Shown here: piece after piece, positions 18,546 through 26,624 of the stretch | How the letters are laid out: each line of letters opens with the position of its first letter | How positions within the stretch are numbered: the first letter of the stretch is position 1 | Assembly (NCBI GenBank): GCA_048634245.1 | Contig: JAIWAR010000004.1 | Location: forward strand, 1 to 54,994 | DNA from: Methanosarcinales archaeon | GTDB lineage: Bacteria > Omnitrophota > Gorgyraeia > Duberdicusellales > 4484-171 | Length of the DNA: 54,994 bases | Direction: 5' to 3' | Made by a program: the position numbers and the translations under genes | Notes under the pieces: generated by a model | Databases searched by the model: none | What the model was told of the DNA's origin: nothing | The model's input: only the letters and a program-made list of their open reading frames with translations

Positions 18546-19415
18546 ATGAGTATTATCGAACCAGCTATACGGCCTCCGGCGGAAGCGTACAGTTTTCTTT
18601 TACAAGTAACGCTTGGATGCTCTGTAGATTTCTGCAGTTTTTGCGGAGTGTATAAGAGTAAACCGTTTCGCATAAAAGATAACAAAGAAATTACGGCCGA
18701 TATAAACTGCCACGCCCGTTGGCATAAAGACACAAGGCGGGTATTTCTTATGGACGGCGATGCGCTCGTTTTAGATAATAACAGGCTTCTCCCAATTTTA
18801 AAAGAGATAGGAGGGGCTTTTCCAAAACTTTCCCGCATTTCAAGCTATGCGAATGGGCATAATATAGCGCAAAGAAGCGAAAACGAATTAAAAGAATTGC
18901 GGGCCCATAAGTTAAGCCTCATATATATGGGCTTAGAGAGCGGTAGTCAGGACATATTAAATCGTTGCCATAAACGGTCAAAAGTTAAGGAAATGATTGA
19001 TGCCGTGAATAAAGCGGCGCTGGCACAGATAAAGTCTTCGGTTATTGTATTGCTGGGTTTAGGCGGTGTAAAATACTCCAAAGAGCATGTTAAAAGCACA
19101 ATAGAGGCTTTAAACCTAATGCAGCCAAGGTATCTTTCATTTCTCTCCCTTATGATTATTCCCGGTACACCTTTAGCAGAAGAAATAAAAAAAGGCAGTT
19201 TTACAGAACTAAGCCCTATGAAATTGGTAGAGGAGTCCCATGAAATTATTAAGGGGCTTAAACTGAATAAAACTATATTTCGTTCGAATCACGCCTCAAA
19301 TCATCTTCCCTTAGAAGGAGTATTCCCTAAAGATAAAATTAAGCTATTAAATACTCTTGAGTCGGCTATTAATGGGAACTTAGGGTTAAAGCCGGAATTT
19401 TTAAGAGGTTTATAA
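18546..19415 (+). CDS. radical SAM domain protein (paralogue 2), CX4CX2C cluster motif
   Basis: LGCSVDFCSFCG, FLMDGDAL, YMGLESGS. Same length (289 aa) and colinear with 3311-4180. I chose the ATG at 18546 by alignment with the paralogue (MSIIEP vs MAIVEP). Confidence 0.8.
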   Translation: MSIIEPAIRPPAEAYSFLLQVTLGCSVDFCSFCGVYKSKPFRIKDNKEITADINCHARWHKDTRRVFLMDGDALVLDNNRLLPILKEIGGAFPKLSRISSYANGHNIAQRSENELKELRAHKLSLIYMGLESGSQDILNRCHKRSKVKEMIDAVNKAALAQIKSSVIVLLGLGGVKYSKEHVKSTIEALNLMQPRYLSFLSLMIIPGTPLAEEIKKGSFTELSPMKLVEESHEIIKGLKLNKTIFRSNHASNHLPLEGVFPKDKIKLLNTLESAINGNLGLKPEFLRGL

Positions 19416-19494
19416 GATTAAAGGTTTAAAGGCATTTAAACCGTTTTTCATAATGTCCCAATACTATAACGAAGTTTCATAAATAACTGGAATA

Positions 19495-19848
19495 ATGGCA
19501 CTAAAAAAAGATAAACACAATGGTATAGTTTACTCTACTGAACATAGCAAGAAACCTCTTCCTTGCAGCAACTCAATTAAAAAACACCAACCTCATATTA
19601 TTAAAAGCGACGGAATCGTTAGAATTGGAAGAGAAACTAAAGGGCGTAAAAGTAAAGGTGTAACAATAATCACAGGAATTTCCCTCAGCCATAGTCAACT
19701 GCTTAAGCTATCGCAACAGCTCAAACAAAAATGCGGTGCAGGCGGAACTGTAAAAAACGATGTAATTGAAATTCAAGGCGATCACCGCAATGCGCTCTTA
19801 GAAGAACTTAAGAAGAAAGGGTATAAAGTTAAGATATGCGGGGGATAA
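19495..19848 (+). CDS. yciH: translation initiation factor SUI1/YciH family protein
   Basis: VRIGRETKGRKSKGVTIITGI...GGTVKNDVIEIQGDHR is the SUI1 fold signature. Confidence 0.85.
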   Translation: MALKKDKHNGIVYSTEHSKKPLPCSNSIKKHQPHIIKSDGIVRIGRETKGRKSKGVTIITGISLSHSQLLKLSQQLKQKCGAGGTVKNDVIEIQGDHRNALLEELKKKGYKVKICGG

Positions 19849-20455
19849 CAAAATAACCCCTCAAAATGCCCTTAGAAGATGATTCTAGGCCCCTAAATCT
19901 CAAATTAGGCCACAAACCCAGCTCTCCTGAAACAGTCAAAATTCAACCTTAATTTTAGCCTCAAATCAACTCTTAATCGGATCTATTTTATGCTTTACAA
20001 AAGGTAACCTGGAGGGAGTATGTTAAAACTCATTTTATACCCTTTATAGGCCATTATAAGGGGCAAAACCAGGTATTAATAGATTATGACCCGATATATA
20101 TTACCTGTCCATATTATAGTTAATATAACAATAAGTAAGAAGCAAAGAGTTATTCACAAGTTATTTAATGCAACTCATAACTCTATATATATCAAGAGGA
20201 AAGCCCCTCTTTTACCTATATTAAAAAGTTAACATAAGGTATATTATCGGAAGTTAGTATAACAGGCGTTTTTTGTTATTTATGGTAGGTATGGGTATGT
20301 CTTTTTTTTGGGGGGATATATTCCCGGAAACAAAATCCCCAGATAGAACCTTTTAAGAGTTAAATACATCGCACTCTCTTATAGTAAGATTTACAGGAGC
20401 TCTGCAAGGGATTTGAATTAAAAAAAATGAGAGGATTTAACTCCTCCGCCGCGCT

Positions 20456-20698
20456 TTAGCGCTTTTTTCTGAGGACTATTTCGTGCTCGATATTCAGAAA
20501 ATCCAAAAGCACTTTTCTGATGTATACAGAAGGTTCTAAATTAGCCTTATCAGCCCAATTTAACACCTGTACCCATTGACTCTGGGTTAGCCGGACATTG
20601 ATCGTTTTAGTATATTTTACCGCTTTTTTAGGCCTGCCTTTTTTGATGATTTTCTTTACCATTCTCCTCCTTTTGTTAGCTTTTTTCACTACTGTCAT
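20456..20698 (-). CDS. orphan ribbon-helix-helix (CopG/MobC-like) DNA-binding protein with basic N-terminus
   Basis: INVRLTQSQWVQVLNWADKANLEPSVYIRKVLLDFL fits beta-strand, helix, helix. I use the ATG at 20698, because the listed ATG at 20734 lies upstream of the -10 box of its own promoter. Confidence 0.6.
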   Translation of the reverse strand: MTVVKKANKRRRMVKKIIKKGRPKKAVKYTKTINVRLTQSQWVQVLNWADKANLEPSVYIRKVLLDFLNIEHEIVLRKKR

Positions 20699-20722
20699 GA
20701 TATATCGCTCAATATTTAATTT

Positions 20723-20750
20723 AGTATACCACAATTCAAAATATTTTCAA
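20723..20750 (-). promoter_or_regulatory. sigma70-type promoter of the orphan RHH gene
   Basis: Minus-sense TTGAAA-N16-TATACT with extended -10 TG. About 18-nt leader. Confidence 0.55.
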
Positions 20751-20790
20751 GTATACAAAAAACCACCAAAAAACACCAAAAATAGCTGCA

Positions 20791-20827
20791 AAAAGCAAAA
20801 AAATAGCCGAGGTTTTTCTCCCCGGCT
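20791..20827 (-). terminator. intrinsic terminator ending the dinB-udg transcript
   Basis: Minus-sense AGCCGGGG-AGAAAAA-CCUCGGCU (one G-U pair, which is an A-C mismatch on the plus strand) followed by AUUUUUUUGCUUUUU. Confidence 0.7.
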
Positions 20828-20956
20828 CTTACTTTAATAACGCAGCTTAGCTATTTTCCCGCGCCTAAAAACCCGATAAAGATTTTAGCGATAAAATTCC
20901 GGCCGCCTATTACCTGCACCGGCTCTTCAAAACCCATCTCTTCTTTAGTGTTATTC

Positions 20957-21598
20957 TTATCGGGGAATATTCTTAAGCATTAAAAAATCTTTTTCCAAAA
21001 CCGACCTCATATTAACATTATATATGACAGTCGCCGGATGATATAAAGGAACAATTTTAAGTGAACCTTGAGAAACAGGCGTAATAAACACTTGCCCGTG
21101 GATTTTACTTATACCTTGCACTTTATTTTTCAAACCAAATTTTTCCATTATGTACCGAGTAGAAAAATTACCTAAACAACCTATTATTCTTGGTTCAATC
21201 AAGTCAACCTGCTGATCAAGATACCCGCTGCAAACATTTATCTCCTCAACTTCAGGGTTTCTATTGCCGGGCGGACGACATTTTAAGATGTTAGCGATAT
21301 AAATATCTTCTCGTTTCAGGCCCGCCCTGGACAATAACCCGTCAAGAATATTTCCTGCTTTTCCGCAAAAAGGTTTCCCAGTCTCGTCTTCAGTAGCGCC
21401 AGGGGCTTCACCAATGAACAGAATACGAGAAGAAATGCCGCCTTCCCCAAAAACAACATTTAGCCTTGTAGCTGCCAATGTGCATTTTTGACAATTACGA
21501 ACCTTTCTCTCTAATTGTTTAAGTTGTTCAAGCTTATTTTGCATCTCTGTTCTATTATACCCCGGCTGGGGATAAGCCTCAACCAGCCTCCTATCCAT
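20957..21598 (-). CDS. udg: uracil-DNA glycosylase, family 4 (Fe-S type)
   Basis: CQKCTL...VFGEG, FIGEAPG, NILKCRPPGNR and LYHPA motifs. Confidence 0.9.
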   Translation of the reverse strand: MDRRLVEAYPQPGYNRTEMQNKLEQLKQLERKVRNCQKCTLAATRLNVVFGEGGISSRILFIGEAPGATEDETGKPFCGKAGNILDGLLSRAGLKREDIYIANILKCRPPGNRNPEVEEINVCSGYLDQQVDLIEPRIIGCLGNFSTRYIMEKFGLKNKVQGISKIHGQVFITPVSQGSLKIVPLYHPATVIYNVNMRSVLEKDFLMLKNIPR

Positions 21599-21606
21599 TA
21601 TTTATT

Positions 21607-21825
21607 TTATATGGATGTAACCACTAGATGTTTGAGATTGGCAGGCTTGCTTTTGATACTCATGCCCATTCTTTTTAAGGCTTTTAGCATCCTATCATAA
21701 GCCTGATAGGTGGTTTTGCCTTCCGTAAGGTTATTGAGGCATACGGCAGCATAGCCTTTGCGATTCTTGGTTTTGAAAATCTTGATTTTACTTACGTTTA
21801 TTTTCTTTAACTCTGCCTTTTTCAT
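21607..21825 (-). CDS. hypothetical basic 72-aa protein between dinB and udg
   Basis: GGGGG RBS. 15-nt and 8-nt gaps to its neighbours, so it is probably co-transcribed. No family recognised. Confidence 0.5.
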   Translation of the reverse strand: MKKAELKKINVSKIKIFKTKNRKGYAAVCLNNLTEGKTTYQAYDRMLKALKRMGMSIKSKPANLKHLVVTSI

Positions 21826-21840
21826 ACCCCCCCTATAAAA

Positions 21841-23001
21841 TTATATTCCACCAGCCCGAAAAATTGCTTCCTGGCCAAACTTATGCTTTATCTTATCTAT
21901 AGCCTGATGCATTTTCTCTTGCTTTCCCTCCTCTTTCTCATCAAAAAGAGTGAGTTGAGCCGGACCGCAGGTAAAATTTGAGACTTTAACCCCTACCAAA
22001 CGCACCTTCTTACCCTTATAATCAAACCTATCCAAAAGCTGTTTTATGATTTTATAAATCATATCCATAAAATTCGTAGGCTTATCTAAAGTCTTCGCCC
22101 GAGTATAGGTTAAAAACCCTTCTACCCTTATCTTTAAAGTAATAGTTTTTCCTTTTAGGCCCTCTTGCCTCAGGCGGCCGGACACCTTTTCGCAAAGGCT
22201 AATTAAAACTTTCTCAATTATGCCTTTATCTCCGGTATCCTGAGAAAAAGTATGTTCATTGCTTATTGATTTTGCCTCTTCGCTTGCCTCTACTCCCCGT
22301 TCATCTATGCCATTAGCTAAAATCCAAAAATACTCCCCGTTCTTACCCAGCGTATCTCTCACTTCTCTTAAATCCTTCTTAGCTAAATCACCGATAGTCT
22401 TAATCCCTAAACTATTAAAAACAACCTTACTCTTCTCACCCAACCCCCAAATCTTACCAATATCTAAAGGCCAAAGAAAATCAAGAAGCTTATCTCCGGC
22501 AACCTCAACTAAACCGTCAGGCTTATTAACCTCAGAAGCGATTTTAGCAGCCATCTTGGTAGAAGCCAGGCCTACCGAAGCGGTTAAACCGGTTTTCTCC
22601 TTTATCCGGGATTTTAAAAGTTGAGCTGTTTTCCGAGGTGTACCGAAAAGATGAAAACTCCCGCTTATATCTAAAAAAGCTTCATCAATACTTGTCATCT
22701 CGACCCTAGGAGTAAAACTATGAAAAATCTCATAAATCTCATCTGATACCCGGCTGTACCTTTCTGAATTTACCGGCAAAAATGTTGCCTGGGGGCACCG
22801 CTTGTAAGCGATAGATATAGGCATTGCCGAATGAATACCAAACTTTCTGGCCTCATAAGAGCAAGTAGAAACAACCCCTCTCCCTTTGCCGCCTTTAGGA
22901 TCAGCCCCCACTACTACCGGCTTACCTAAAAGCAGCGGATTATCCCTTTGCTCAATAGCGGCAAAAAAAGCATCCATATCAATATGAATAATATATCGCA
23001 T
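21841..23001 (-). CDS. dinB: DNA polymerase IV (Y-family)
   Basis: MRYIIHIDMDAFFAAIEQRDNP start and the SIDEAFLD motif. The ATG at 23001 matches the canonical N-terminus. The longer ORF would read through an upstream palindrome. Confidence 0.92.
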   Translation of the reverse strand: MRYIIHIDMDAFFAAIEQRDNPLLLGKPVVVGADPKGGKGRGVVSTCSYEARKFGIHSAMPISIAYKRCPQATFLPVNSERYSRVSDEIYEIFHSFTPRVEMTSIDEAFLDISGSFHLFGTPRKTAQLLKSRIKEKTGLTASVGLASTKMAAKIASEVNKPDGLVEVAGDKLLDFLWPLDIGKIWGLGEKSKVVFNSLGIKTIGDLAKKDLREVRDTLGKNGEYFWILANGIDERGVEASEEAKSISNEHTFSQDTGDKGIIEKVLISLCEKVSGRLRQEGLKGKTITLKIRVEGFLTYTRAKTLDKPTNFMDMIYKIIKQLLDRFDYKGKKVRLVGVKVSNFTCGPAQLTLFDEKEEGKQEKMHQAIDKIKHKFGQEAIFRAGGI

Positions 23002-23020
23002 CTTCAAAACCAAACCTCTT

Positions 23021-23048
23021 AATCCTTGCACCCCAGGGTGCAAGGATT
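23021..23048 (-). promoter_or_regulatory. 13-bp-arm inverted repeat immediately upstream of the dinB RBS
   Basis: aatccttgcaccc-ca-gggtgcaaggatt. No U tract follows on the minus strand. Confidence 0.6.
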
Positions 23049-23052
23049 GGGG

Positions 23053-24297
23053 TTAATGGGCCGGGGAAGCTTTTAAAGCTTTAATCCGCTCCAAAACCGG
23101 GGGGTGGCTATAAGCTATAAAAACCTTTAAAGGGTGAGGCGTTAAATTAGACAAATTATCTACGCTTAATTTCTTTAAAGCCAGGATAAAAGCCCCTGGT
23201 TTTTTATAGGTAGTGACGGCATAATTATCAGCTTCATACTCATGTTTTCGCGAAAGAAAACTCATCCCTAAGGAAAGAATCAGATTGATCGGAGTATAGA
23301 AAAAACCAAAAAATAAGAGGCTGGCATAAATTGAAAAATTCTCCACACTAAAAGCAGCGAAAATTTCCGGATTATTAATAAAAAAAGAAAGAATAAAAAA
23401 CATCAAACCGTTAGTAAAGATAGAAATAGCCATCATCTTTAGAATATGTTTCTTCTTGTAATGGCCCACCTCATGGGCTAAAATTGAAACCAACTCATCT
23501 GTGCTATGTTTTTTAATCAGTGTATCAAATAAAACAATACGCCGATACTTGCCAAAACCGGTAAAAAAAGCATTAGACTTAGCGGAACGCCGGGAACCAT
23601 CCATCTTAAATAAACCTTTTAATTTAAAATTTTGGGCCTGAGCGTAGTTTTCTATGGCATCTTTTAATTCGCCTTCTTCAAGAGGTATAAACTTATTAAA
23701 AAGCGGCATAATTACTATTGGAGCAATAAAAATTAAAAAGAACTCAAACACAGTCACTCCCAGCCAGCAAAAAATCCAGGCCAAGGCGCCGGTCTTTATA
23801 AAAAACCAGAAGATTAAAGAAAGAAGAATACCGCCGATAAGTAATGTTAGCAGCCAGCTCTTTAAAGTATCCAGGATAAATGTCTTAAGCTTGGTACGGT
23901 TAAAGGCATATTTTTCTTCAATAACAAAAGTATGATATAGCGAGAAAGGTATTTCGATAATCTGAAAGAAAAAAAATAAAATCCCCATAAAAATAAGCCC
24001 GGTAGGAATAGGGCTTAAACTAAAACTCCGGGCTAAATTATCAATAAAGTTAAACCCGCCGCTTAAGATAAGCCCCAAAATTATCAGAATTAAAATTGTA
24101 CTCTGAGTTAGCTTAAACTGAGTATTATCCCTTAAATAGTTTTGAGACTTCTTATATTTATCAACATCATAGTAGCCCTCAAACTCTTTTGGCAACTCAC
24201 TTTTTAAGGCCTTTAGATTAAGCAGCTCAACGATTAAATTTAAGATGTAATTACCGATAAGAATAGCTAGAATAACTACCAAATAAATATTCATCAT
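23053..24297 (-). CDS. M48 family zinc metalloprotease (Ste24/HtpX-like, multi-TM)
   Basis: HEVGHYKKKH zinc motif, downstream EYEAD, and several N-terminal TM helices. Confidence 0.88.
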   Translation of the reverse strand: MMNIYLVVILAILIGNYILNLIVELLNLKALKSELPKEFEGYYDVDKYKKSQNYLRDNTQFKLTQSTILILIILGLILSGGFNFIDNLARSFSLSPIPTGLIFMGILFFFFQIIEIPFSLYHTFVIEEKYAFNRTKLKTFILDTLKSWLLTLLIGGILLSLIFWFFIKTGALAWIFCWLGVTVFEFFLIFIAPIVIMPLFNKFIPLEEGELKDAIENYAQAQNFKLKGLFKMDGSRRSAKSNAFFTGFGKYRRIVLFDTLIKKHSTDELVSILAHEVGHYKKKHILKMMAISIFTNGLMFFILSFFINNPEIFAAFSVENFSIYASLLFFGFFYTPINLILSLGMSFLSRKHEYEADNYAVTTYKKPGAFILALKKLSVDNLSNLTPHPLKVFIAYSHPPVLERIKALKASPAH

Positions 24298-24324
24298 TGT
24301 TTTAAAAAATAGTTTTCCGGACGC

Positions 24325-25374
24325 CTATTTGTTTAAATATACTGTCTGGGTAGGAAAAGCAAACTCAATTTTTCGCTTTTCAAACTCTTCTTTAATAATA
24401 AAATTTATCTCCTGCTGAGTATCCATGTATTTATTATAGTCACCGCTTAAAACATAGTAGACAATTTCAATGACTAAATTAAAATCACCGTATGAAGAAA
24501 AATGAGCCCGGTCAAATAATGTATTTTGAACATTTTTAATCGCAGTCTCAATCATCTGAGGTATTTCTTTTAAGACTTTAAGAGGAGTATTATAAACCAC
24601 ACCCAATTTAAAGACCACTCTTCGCTTTTGCATCCGTTTATAGTTGCGCACACGAGAGTCGGTCAAATCAGAGTTGGAGAACACTAACTGTTCCCCCCCT
24701 AAACTGCGAACACGAGTAGTCTTAATCCCAATATGTTCTATTGTACCTAAGAGGTCTCCGACAATGATGAAATCGCCAACCTCAAACGGCCGGTCAAAGA
24801 GTATCGAAAAATAACTAAACAGGTCTTTTAGCACAGCCTGAGCAGCTAAGGCAATAGCTACACCGCCAATACCCAAGCCGGCGATTACAGCTGAAATCTT
24901 AAACCCCAGGTTATCCAAGAAAAAGATAATCGCTCCGACCCAAAGGGTAAATTTGAGCACATTAAGTATACCCTTCAGGCTTTGGTCTAAAGCCGGACTT
25001 TTCCTCACCTTTTGAGAGTAAACCTCAAAGCCGTAAGTAATTAGCTTCATGGCTATCCTGACCGTAAAAACAGTTAAAACCGCTATCCCCAAAACATTAA
25101 TTACCTTTGTAGCTGCCGGGCTTAAAGTTAGAATTTGAATACTTAGATAAAAAGCACCTATATACAAAAAAGGTGTAACCACCCGCTCAAAAATACCAAC
25201 CAGAAAATCATCTAAAGTGGTTGTAGTCTTCTGAGCCCACCTCTTAAATCTCTTTAAGATAATACGTTCAAATATCTTAATCATAATAACGCTGAGCCAG
25301 AATACACCTATACAGATTAAATAATCTAAAAAACGATTATTTAAAAAACTCTGCTCTAAAATTTGCTTAGTCAT
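24325..25374 (-). CDS. mechanosensitive ion channel (MscS family)
   Basis: TM helices followed by the PFEVGDFIIVGDLLGTIEHIGIKTTRVRSLGGEQLVFSNS beta-domain signature. Confidence 0.9.
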   Translation of the reverse strand: MTKQILEQSFLNNRFLDYLICIGVFWLSVIMIKIFERIILKRFKRWAQKTTTTLDDFLVGIFERVVTPFLYIGAFYLSIQILTLSPAATKVINVLGIAVLTVFTVRIAMKLITYGFEVYSQKVRKSPALDQSLKGILNVLKFTLWVGAIIFFLDNLGFKISAVIAGLGIGGVAIALAAQAVLKDLFSYFSILFDRPFEVGDFIIVGDLLGTIEHIGIKTTRVRSLGGEQLVFSNSDLTDSRVRNYKRMQKRRVVFKLGVVYNTPLKVLKEIPQMIETAIKNVQNTLFDRAHFSSYGDFNLVIEIVYYVLSGDYNKYMDTQQEINFIIKEEFEKRKIEFAFPTQTVYLNK

Positions 25375-25409
25375 TTTATCCTCCTTTTTAAAGCCTTCGT
25401 CTTTCCGTT

Positions 25410-26606
25410 CTAATTTCTAAGGACTGAATCAGGAAAATCAAAACGCTGGGCGTTTAAAGCCTGTTTTAACTCGGAATCTTTAATAAAACCCAGCTCCTTA
25501 AGGACCTCACCCAAAACTACTCCTTTTTTCCAATGTAAGTTTAAGGCCTCATCTAATTGTTCATAAGAAATTACCTGCCTCTCCAGCAATATTTGTCCTA
25601 TAGGCCGGTAGAAACGGTCTTGACCGTCATTTTGACAAACCTGAGAAGCCTTATTGATAAGAGGTACTCGGTCTCTTCTGTCAGCCATAAATATACTCTC
25701 GGGAATTGTCTTTAAATGCCGTTTAATCTCGGCAATCCGCTCATTGATTTCAATAGTATTCTTTACCGTCAAACCATGGTCTTTATTAAATACCGCAATA
25801 GATACGCTCATTAAAGGCGACTTCCTTATTTTTCGGGCCCGGTCCCGAACCATTACAAACCTCTGCTTACGGTCACGAGAAGAGTAATGAAAAGGAATAA
25901 TGCTATCAAAAGAATCGATAAAGTTTTGACAAACCTCTTCATGCTTATCGGGAGTGGTAATGAAAGCAAAATCATCGCCGCCAATATGACTGATAAAATC
26001 ACCGCTATTGCCGAATTTTTTCAAAGTTGTAAATAGCAAGTGAGCGGTTTGTAAAATCACTCTATCCCCTTTTTGATACCCGTAAACATCATTAAAAGAC
26101 TTAAAATTATCAATATCCACATAAGCAAAGGAAAAATTATTCCCCGAACTTAGCCTCTCCTTAAGTGTATCTTCGAGAATTTTTCCTCCGGGAAGGCCGG
26201 TCAGAGGACTGGCGTAAATACTGTGCTTTGCCCTTCTCATAGCCATTTCAATCCTAACTCTTAAATCCAGAGGATCCGGCGGCTTAATAAGGTAATCATC
26301 CACGCCCTGCTTAAGGCTTAGAAGCTGGGCCCGGAGATGACGTTTATTAATTAAAGTTATTACCGGAATAAAAGCGGTGGCAAAGTCTTTTTTTAAGATT
26401 CGACAGATGTCCAACTGTTCTTTACTGGCTGATTGAACGTCAATTACAATAACATCGGGAGAAATTTTTTTAATTGCCTGAATATCTGAATTTGGAAAAG
26501 GATTTTCCAAAAAAACTTCATAGCCCCAACCGTCAAAACAAAAATTAAGCACATCCTTAAGCTTATAATCCGAAGATACGATCAAAATTTTCTTAATTTT
26601 ATCCAT
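25410..26606 (-). CDS. response-regulator receiver + GGDEF domain (GGDDF variant) + C-terminal T2SSE_N/MshEN-like module
   Basis: REC with VIVIDV acceptor region and a K in YLIKP. DIDNFKSFNDVYGYQKGD...HIGGDDFAF. C-terminal PIGQILLERQVISYEQLDEALNLH + VLGEVLKELGFIKDSELKQALNAQ tandem motif. Confidence 0.85.
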   Translation of the reverse strand: MDKIKKILIVSSDYKLKDVLNFCFDGWGYEVFLENPFPNSDIQAIKKISPDVIVIDVQSASKEQLDICRILKKDFATAFIPVITLINKRHLRAQLLSLKQGVDDYLIKPPDPLDLRVRIEMAMRRAKHSIYASPLTGLPGGKILEDTLKERLSSGNNFSFAYVDIDNFKSFNDVYGYQKGDRVILQTAHLLFTTLKKFGNSGDFISHIGGDDFAFITTPDKHEEVCQNFIDSFDSIIPFHYSSRDRKQRFVMVRDRARKIRKSPLMSVSIAVFNKDHGLTVKNTIEINERIAEIKRHLKTIPESIFMADRRDRVPLINKASQVCQNDGQDRFYRPIGQILLERQVISYEQLDEALNLHWKKGVVLGEVLKELGFIKDSELKQALNAQRFDFPDSVLRN

Positions 26607-26624
26607 ACGATAAGATTATACCCC

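Noticed and set aside
18434-18838. 134-aa minus-strand ORF overlapping the start of radical-SAM paralogue 2
   Set aside because: It overlaps a well-supported conserved gene on the opposite strand and has no motif. The non-overlapping part is intergenic.
20598-20837. 79-aa plus-strand ORF opposite the RHH gene
   Set aside because: It overlaps the RHH gene, its promoter and the minus-strand terminator. It is a hydrophobic artefact of AT-rich sequence.
20851-20937. 28-codon ORF (MGFEEPVQVIGGRNFIAKIFIGFLGAGK) between the udg stop and the terminator, minus strand
   Set aside because: It has a weak purine-rich RBS and sits inside the transcript, so it could be a real micro-protein. It is too short to judge without conservation or ribosome profiling, so I did not call it as a feature.
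23002-23043. Longer dinB start (MHPGVQGLRGLVLK...)
   Set aside because: The extension is just the translation of the 28-bp palindrome. The canonical Pol IV N-terminus begins at the ATG at 23001, after an AAGAGG.
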